Below are positions 59,741 through 64,000 of a stretch of 64,000 bases of DNA, one piece after another (positions within the stretch are counted from its first letter, which is position 1; each line of letters opens with the position of its first letter). The stretch spans positions 448,001-512,000 of the forward strand of contig JASGJN010000013.1 in NCBI GenBank assembly GCA_049840735.1, written 5' to 3'. Under the pieces are notes generated by a model, which worked only from the letters and a program-made list of their open reading frames with translations, did no database searches and was not told where the DNA came from. The position numbers and the translations under genes are program-made. Source of the stretch: Anaeromyxobacter sp. GTDB taxonomy: Bacteria; Myxococcota; Myxococcia; Myxococcales; Anaeromyxobacteraceae.

Positions 59741-60868
59741 TCAGCCGTCCTGCCCGCCCCGCTGACCGCCCGGGCGGTGGCGGGCCCAGTCGATCCCCAG
59801 GCGGCGCATGCGCGCCCGCAGCGTGTGCGGGTTCACCCCCAGGAGCGCGGCCGCGCCCTGCCCTCCCTCGATCCGGCCGCTGCAGGCGGCCAGCGCGCGC
59901 TCGATGTGCTCCTTGACGATCACCTCCAGCGGCCGCACCGCCTGCTCCGGCGACAGGACCGGAGCCGGCGCGGCGGGGCCGGGCCCTGCGGGCCCCTGGA
60001 GCTCGGCGAGGCTCGAGCGCGCCAGCGCCCTGGCCACGTCGAGCTGCCGGCCGCCGCCCAGCAGCACGGCGCGGTCGATGACCGCGGCCAGCTCGCGCAC
60101 GTTGCCGGGCCAGGCGTGGGCCTGCAGCAGCGCGACGTCGGCCGGGGACGGTCGCACCGGCGCGCCGAAGAGCCGCCGCCCCGACAGCTCGGCGAAATGG
60201 GTCGCCAGCGCGGCCACGTCCCCGACCCGCTCGCGCAGCGGCGGGAGGCGGATGGGGAAGACCGTCAGGCGGTACCACAGGTCCCTGCGGAAGCTGCCCT
60301 CCTCGACCATGCGGGAGAGGTCGCGGTGGGTGGCGGCGACGATCCGCACGTCCACCGCCTGCGTCCGCTGCCCGCCCACCCGCTCGAAGGTGCCGTCCTG
60401 CAGCACGCGCAGCAGCCGCACCTGCGCGGCCAGCGGCAGCTCGCCCACCTCGTCCAGGAAGAGCGTGCCCCCGTGCGCCCGCTCGAACCAGCCCTTCCGC
60501 GTGGACACCGCCCCGGTGAAGCTGCCGCGCTCGTGGCCGAAGAGCTCGGAGTCGACCAGCTCCGTGGGGATGGCGCCGCAGTTGACGCGCAGGATGGGGC
60601 CGGCGGCCCGCGGCGATCGCTCGTGGATGGCCCTCGCCACCACCTCCTTGCCGGAGCCGGTTTCCCCGAGGATCAGCACCGGGACGTCGGCTGGCGCCGC
60701 GCAGATCACCAGCTCCATCACGGCGCGCAGGCCGCCCTGCTCGCCGACGATCACCGGGCGCTCCGCGCCGCCCGCCGCCTGGCGGGGACCGGCGGGGCGC
60801 TCGGGCGGGCCGGGCTGGTCCTCGGGTTCGGGGTTCGTGGTCACGGCGGTGTCGGTGGTGCGGGTCAT
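59741..60868 (-). CDS. sigma54 enhancer-binding protein without N-terminal sensory domain
   Basis: About 35-aa low-complexity leader then GETGSGKE, GSFTGA, WPGNVREL, Fis-type HTH. Confidence 0.9.
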   Translation of the reverse strand: MTRTTDTAVTTNPEPEDQPGPPERPAGPRQAAGGAERPVIVGEQGGLRAVMELVICAAPADVPVLILGETGSGKEVVARAIHERSPRAAGPILRVNCGAIPTELVDSELFGHERGSFTGAVSTRKGWFERAHGGTLFLDEVGELPLAAQVRLLRVLQDGTFERVGGQRTQAVDVRIVAATHRDLSRMVEEGSFRRDLWYRLTVFPIRLPPLRERVGDVAALATHFAELSGRRLFGAPVRPSPADVALLQAHAWPGNVRELAAVIDRAVLLGGGRQLDVARALARSSLAELQGPAGPGPAAPAPVLSPEQAVRPLEVIVKEHIERALAACSGRIEGGQGAAALLGVNPHTLRARMRRLGIDWARHRPGGQRGGQDG

Positions 60869-60903
60869 GCACGGGTTCCTGACGGTACATCCATCGAGGT
60901 CGC

Positions 60904-60932
60904 ATGCTAATCCGTTATAACGGACGACACAA
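60904..60932 (-). promoter_or_regulatory. sigma70-like promoter of the activator with the perfect operator in its spacer
   Basis: Minus strand TTGTGT-17 bp-TAGCAT; spacer contains TCCGTTATAACGGA (60911-60924). Confidence 0.65.
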
Positions 60933-61062
60933 CATGGGCTTGACGGAGCGTGCTTCCCCCGGCGCGAAACCCCTGACGGCGCGGCCATGCAGGCCCGTCG
61001 GCGCAGTGGCTGCGCGCGCACCCGCCGGACGGAACGTCGCGGCCCGCCGGGCGCACGTCGCG

Positions 61063-61076
61063 TCCGTCATAACGGA
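61063..61076. promoter_or_regulatory. Island operator copy
   Basis: TCCGTCATAACGGA, 13/14, 9 bp before the MFS ATG. Confidence 0.7.
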
Positions 61077-61085
61077 TGAGCGCCA

Positions 61086-62294
61086 ATGACGGCCGCGCAC
61101 CTCCCCCCGCGGCCCAGGCTGCCGGCGCTGCTGGCGCTCAACGTGCTGGTGGGCTCCTCCTCCGGCGTCCTCCAGCTGGTGCTGCCGCTGCAGGCCCTGG
61201 CGCTGGGCGCCACGGGCGCGCAGGTCGGGCTCCTCCGCGCCCTGGGCGGCGCGGGCATGCTGATCCTGGTGCTGCCCGTCGGCCTGCTCATCGACCGGCT
61301 GGGACCGCCGCGGGTGCTCCGGACCGGGCTGGTGGCAGGCGCGGCGCTGACCCTGCTGATGGCGCGCGCGCCCGGGCCGGCCGCCCTCATGGCGCTGGCG
61401 GCGCTGGACGGCTGCACCGGCCCGCTGCGCTTCACGTCGCTCCACGCCGGGTTCCTGGCCCATCTCCCCGCGCTCGGCCCGGGCCGGGCCGGCTGGCTCA
61501 AGGGCTCGATCTCCGTCGGCCTGACCTTCGCCGGTCCGCTCGCGGGCGGCCTGCTGGCCCAGGCGGCGGGGTTGCCGGCCGGCTTCGGCGCCGCAGCGGC
61601 GCTGCTCCTCGCCGCCGTGGCGCTGGCCGGACAGCTCGGGCCGGCCGCGCCGCCGGCCGGTCCCCGGTGCCCGCCCGCCCCAGGTGCGCTGCGCGCCATC
61701 ACGGGGGTGGTGGGCGATCGCGCGCTCTGGCCGCTGCTGGGCATCGAGCTGCTCTCCGCCGCCACCTTCACCGGGTTCAGCGCCTTCCTGGTGGTGCGGG
61801 TGGTCCAGGCGCTGCGCGGCGACGCCGCCACCGCGTCGGTCCTCCTCGCCATCGAGGGCACCACCTTCGTGCTCTCCGCCTTCGCCGGCGGCCGGCTGGC
61901 CAGCTCCCCCGTGCTCCTCCGGCGAGCGGCCGGGCTGCTCAACGTGGCCGGGCTCACCGGCACGGCGCTGGCGCGTGACGCCGCCGGGCTGGGCGCGGCG
62001 AGCGCCGTCCTCGGGCTGGGGCTGGGGCTCCTGCCGGTGCTGGTCGCGTGCGGCCTGGCCCGCCACCCGGGCGCCCGGGGTCGCGTGGCCGGGGCCGTCC
62101 AGGCCGCCGCCGGCCTCGGGTTCGTCCTCGGCCCGCTGGCCGCCGCCGCGGCCGCCACCCTGGCCCCCGGCGCCGCCCTGCTGGTCTTCGTCCCCGCCCA
62201 CGCCGCCCTGGCCTGGCCGGCGCGCGGCGCCCGGCCCGGTGTCGCGCCCGCCCCTCCGCAGCAGCCGGCCCCCCTGGAGCAGAACCCCGCGTGA
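61086..62294 (+). CDS. MFS transporter
   Basis: About 12 hydrophobic segments; motif A GLLIDRLGPPR. Confidence 0.85.
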   Translation: MTAAHLPPRPRLPALLALNVLVGSSSGVLQLVLPLQALALGATGAQVGLLRALGGAGMLILVLPVGLLIDRLGPPRVLRTGLVAGAALTLLMARAPGPAALMALAALDGCTGPLRFTSLHAGFLAHLPALGPGRAGWLKGSISVGLTFAGPLAGGLLAQAAGLPAGFGAAAALLLAAVALAGQLGPAAPPAGPRCPPAPGALRAITGVVGDRALWPLLGIELLSAATFTGFSAFLVVRVVQALRGDAATASVLLAIEGTTFVLSAFAGGRLASSPVLLRRAAGLLNVAGLTGTALARDAAGLGAASAVLGLGLGLLPVLVACGLARHPGARGRVAGAVQAAAGLGFVLGPLAAAAAATLAPGAALLVFVPAHAALAWPARGARPGVAPAPPQQPAPLEQNPA

Positions 62295-62401
62295 CGCCGG
62301 CGGGCGGCAGCCCCAGCCGACCTGGCGGGGCCGGCGGGCGTGGCCCGCACCCGAGGCCTGGCCGCGCCGGCGCGCAGCCCCGCGCGCGGCGGCCGGAGCC
62401 G

Positions 62402-62902
62402 CTACTTCACCGCGTGCAGCGCCTTCGCGTAGTCCGGCTCCTGCGCGATCTCCGGCACCTGCTCGGTGTAGACGACCTTGTCCTGCTCGTCGATCACCAC
62501 CACCGCGCGGGAGGTGACGCCGGCCAGCGCGCCGTCCTCGATCCGCACGCCGTAGTTCTTCATGAAGTCCGCGCTGCGGAAGGTGGAGAGCGGGTGGACG
62601 TTGGCGAGCCCCTCGGTGGTGCAGAAGCGCTTGGAGGCGAAGGGCAGGTCGGCCGAGACCACCAGCACCACCGTGTTCGGGAGGCTCGAGGCCTCGGCGT
62701 TGAACTTGCGGGTGGAGGTCTGGCAGACCGGGGTGTCCAGGCTGGGGACGATGTTGAGGATCTTCTTCTTGCCCTTGAAGTCACCCAGGGTGACGTCCTT
62801 GAGGTCGACCGTCGCCAGGGTGAACGCCGGGGCGGACGAGCCGACCTTGGGCAGGTCGCCGGCGGTGTTGATGGGGGTTCCGCGGAGGGTGATCTTGGCC
62901 AT
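62402..62902 (-). CDS. tpx: Thiol peroxidase Tpx
   Basis: [27 protein letters not shown]. Confidence 0.96.
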   Translation of the reverse strand: MAKITLRGTPINTAGDLPKVGSSAPAFTLATVDLKDVTLGDFKGKKKILNIVPSLDTPVCQTSTRKFNAEASSLPNTVVLVVSADLPFASKRFCTTEGLANVHPLSTFRSADFMKNYGVRIEDGALAGVTSRAVVVIDEQDKVVYTEQVPEIAQEPDYAKALHAVK

Positions 62903-63002
62903 GAGGTAAGTGTCTCCTTGCAGGTCCGGCGTATCTAAGCAGGGAAGGAGTCCATCGCCACCCAGATGCGGTGGGTGGCGCCCCGAAGGGGACGGATTGC
63001 CC

Positions 63003-64000
63003 TCAGGCCACCGCGAGGCCGCGCAGCAGCGGCGAAGGCGTGCCGGGGCAGGCGATCCAGAGCTGGTGCGCGGCGCGGGTGACGGCCACGTGCAGCCGCC
63101 GGCGGGCCTCGTCGGCGTCCGGGTAGGCGCGGGAGGACGCGTCCGGGATGACCACGTAGTCGAACTCGAGCCCCTTCACGCTGGCCACGTCGGTCACGTC
63201 CACGCCGGGCCGGAAGCTGAACGCGCCGTCGAGCGCCAGGCGCGCCTCGGGCAGGTCGGCCAGCAGCCGGTGGATGGAGCGCGCCACCTCGGGCGTGTGG
63301 CAGACCACCGCCACCGAGGCCTGCGGCTCGCGCTCGAGCAGGTCGCGCACCGCGCCGGCCATGAAGAGCAGCGCGTGGGCCTCGGTGGGGAAGTCGAAGC
63401 GGGCCACCGGAACGCCCTCGCGCCCGGCGCGCGGCGGCTGGGGCGGCGCGATGGGGCCGAGCACGGCGTGGGCCAGCTCGGCGATGGGGCGCGGGCAGCG
63501 GTAGGTGGTCTCGAGCCGGACGGTGGCGGCCTCGGGCACGCCCAGCGCCGACAGCGCCTCGGCCCAGCCGGCGTAGGACGAGAAGGTCTGCTGGCTCTCG
63601 TCGCCGGCCAGGGTGACGCTGGTGCCGGCCAGGTTGCGGCCCAGCACGAAGAGCTCGAAGAGCGAGACGTCCTCGGCCTCGTCGATCACCAGGTGCGAGA
63701 GCTTCCTGCCGCTGGGGCCGCCGCGCAGCGCCGCCAGGAAGAGCAGGATGGGCAGGTCCTCCAGGTCGAGGGTGCCGGCCACCTCCTCCGGCGTGTCCTC
63801 GTCGAGCCCCTTGCCGTCCAGCGTCTCGCGCCGGTCCGGGTCGATGCCGGCCAGCAGCTCGTCCTGCGGCGTGGAGAGCTGCAGCCGCGTGTGGCGCACC
63901 GTCTCCTCGATGGCGGTGGTGGGCAGGTCGCCCGCCGCCCCCTTCACCACGTGCTCGAGGAAGGCGCGGTCCACGAAGAGGTCGCCCAGCTCGCGGCGGG
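63003..64000 (-). CDS. HelD/UvrD-like helicase, C-terminal part (runs off right edge)
   Basis: [35 protein letters not shown]. Confidence 0.85.
   Translation of the reverse strand, partial: RRELGDLFVDRAFLEHVVKGAAGDLPTTAIEETVRHTRLQLSTPQDELLAGIDPDRRETLDGKGLDEDTPEEVAGTLDLEDLPILLFLAALRGGPSGRKLSHLVIDEAEDVSLFELFVLGRNLAGTSVTLAGDESQQTFSSYAGWAEALSALGVPEAATVRLETTYRCPRPIAELAHAVLGPIAPPQPPRAGREGVPVARFDFPTEAHALLFMAGAVRDLLEREPQASVAVVCHTPEVARSIHRLLADLPEARLALDGAFSFRPGVDVTDVASVKGLEFDYVVIPDASSRAYPDADEARRRLHVAVTRAAHQLWIACPGTPSPLLRGLAVA

Noticed and set aside
60999..61014. sigma54 promoter for the MFS gene
   Set aside because: Correct spacing but weak match, likely by chance at this GC content

Overview
Very GC-rich bacterial window, with gene content resembling Anaeromyxobacter/Myxococcota (inferred). 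In order: a SUF operon (rrf2-sufB-sufC-sufD-sufS) with a palindromic operator; yaeQ, envelope proteins, recQ, a YadGH-like ABC transporter and a CsgG-family lipoprotein operon; a stand-alone DnaK substrate-binding-domain lipoprotein; a complete type I-E CRISPR-Cas locus (41 repeats, 40 spacers); a 9-bp tandem array between inverted REP-like repeats; an ABC/HlyD/TolC efflux cluster with sigma54 promoters and a two-component system; pruA; a His-rich kinase/OmpR/Spy-like module; an ABC-F; a 16-kb island; then tpx and a partial HelD-like helicase. The island (46.6-62.3 kb) is the best candidate for an undescribed system. It encodes a porin, a sulfonate-type ABC importer, nitrogenase-like H/D/K proteins whose D and K chains carry only 1 + 3 cysteines (no FeMo-co Cys ligand, no NifB), a Cx8Cx2C radical SAM enzyme, an SDR, MetK, a nitroreductase, an MFS and a sensor-less sigma54 activator, linked by a 4-copy palindrome (TCCGTTATAACGGA). 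Most apparent frameshifts in the window are the same GATC->GATTC/GAATC insertion, probably a sequencing artefact at modified GATC sites.
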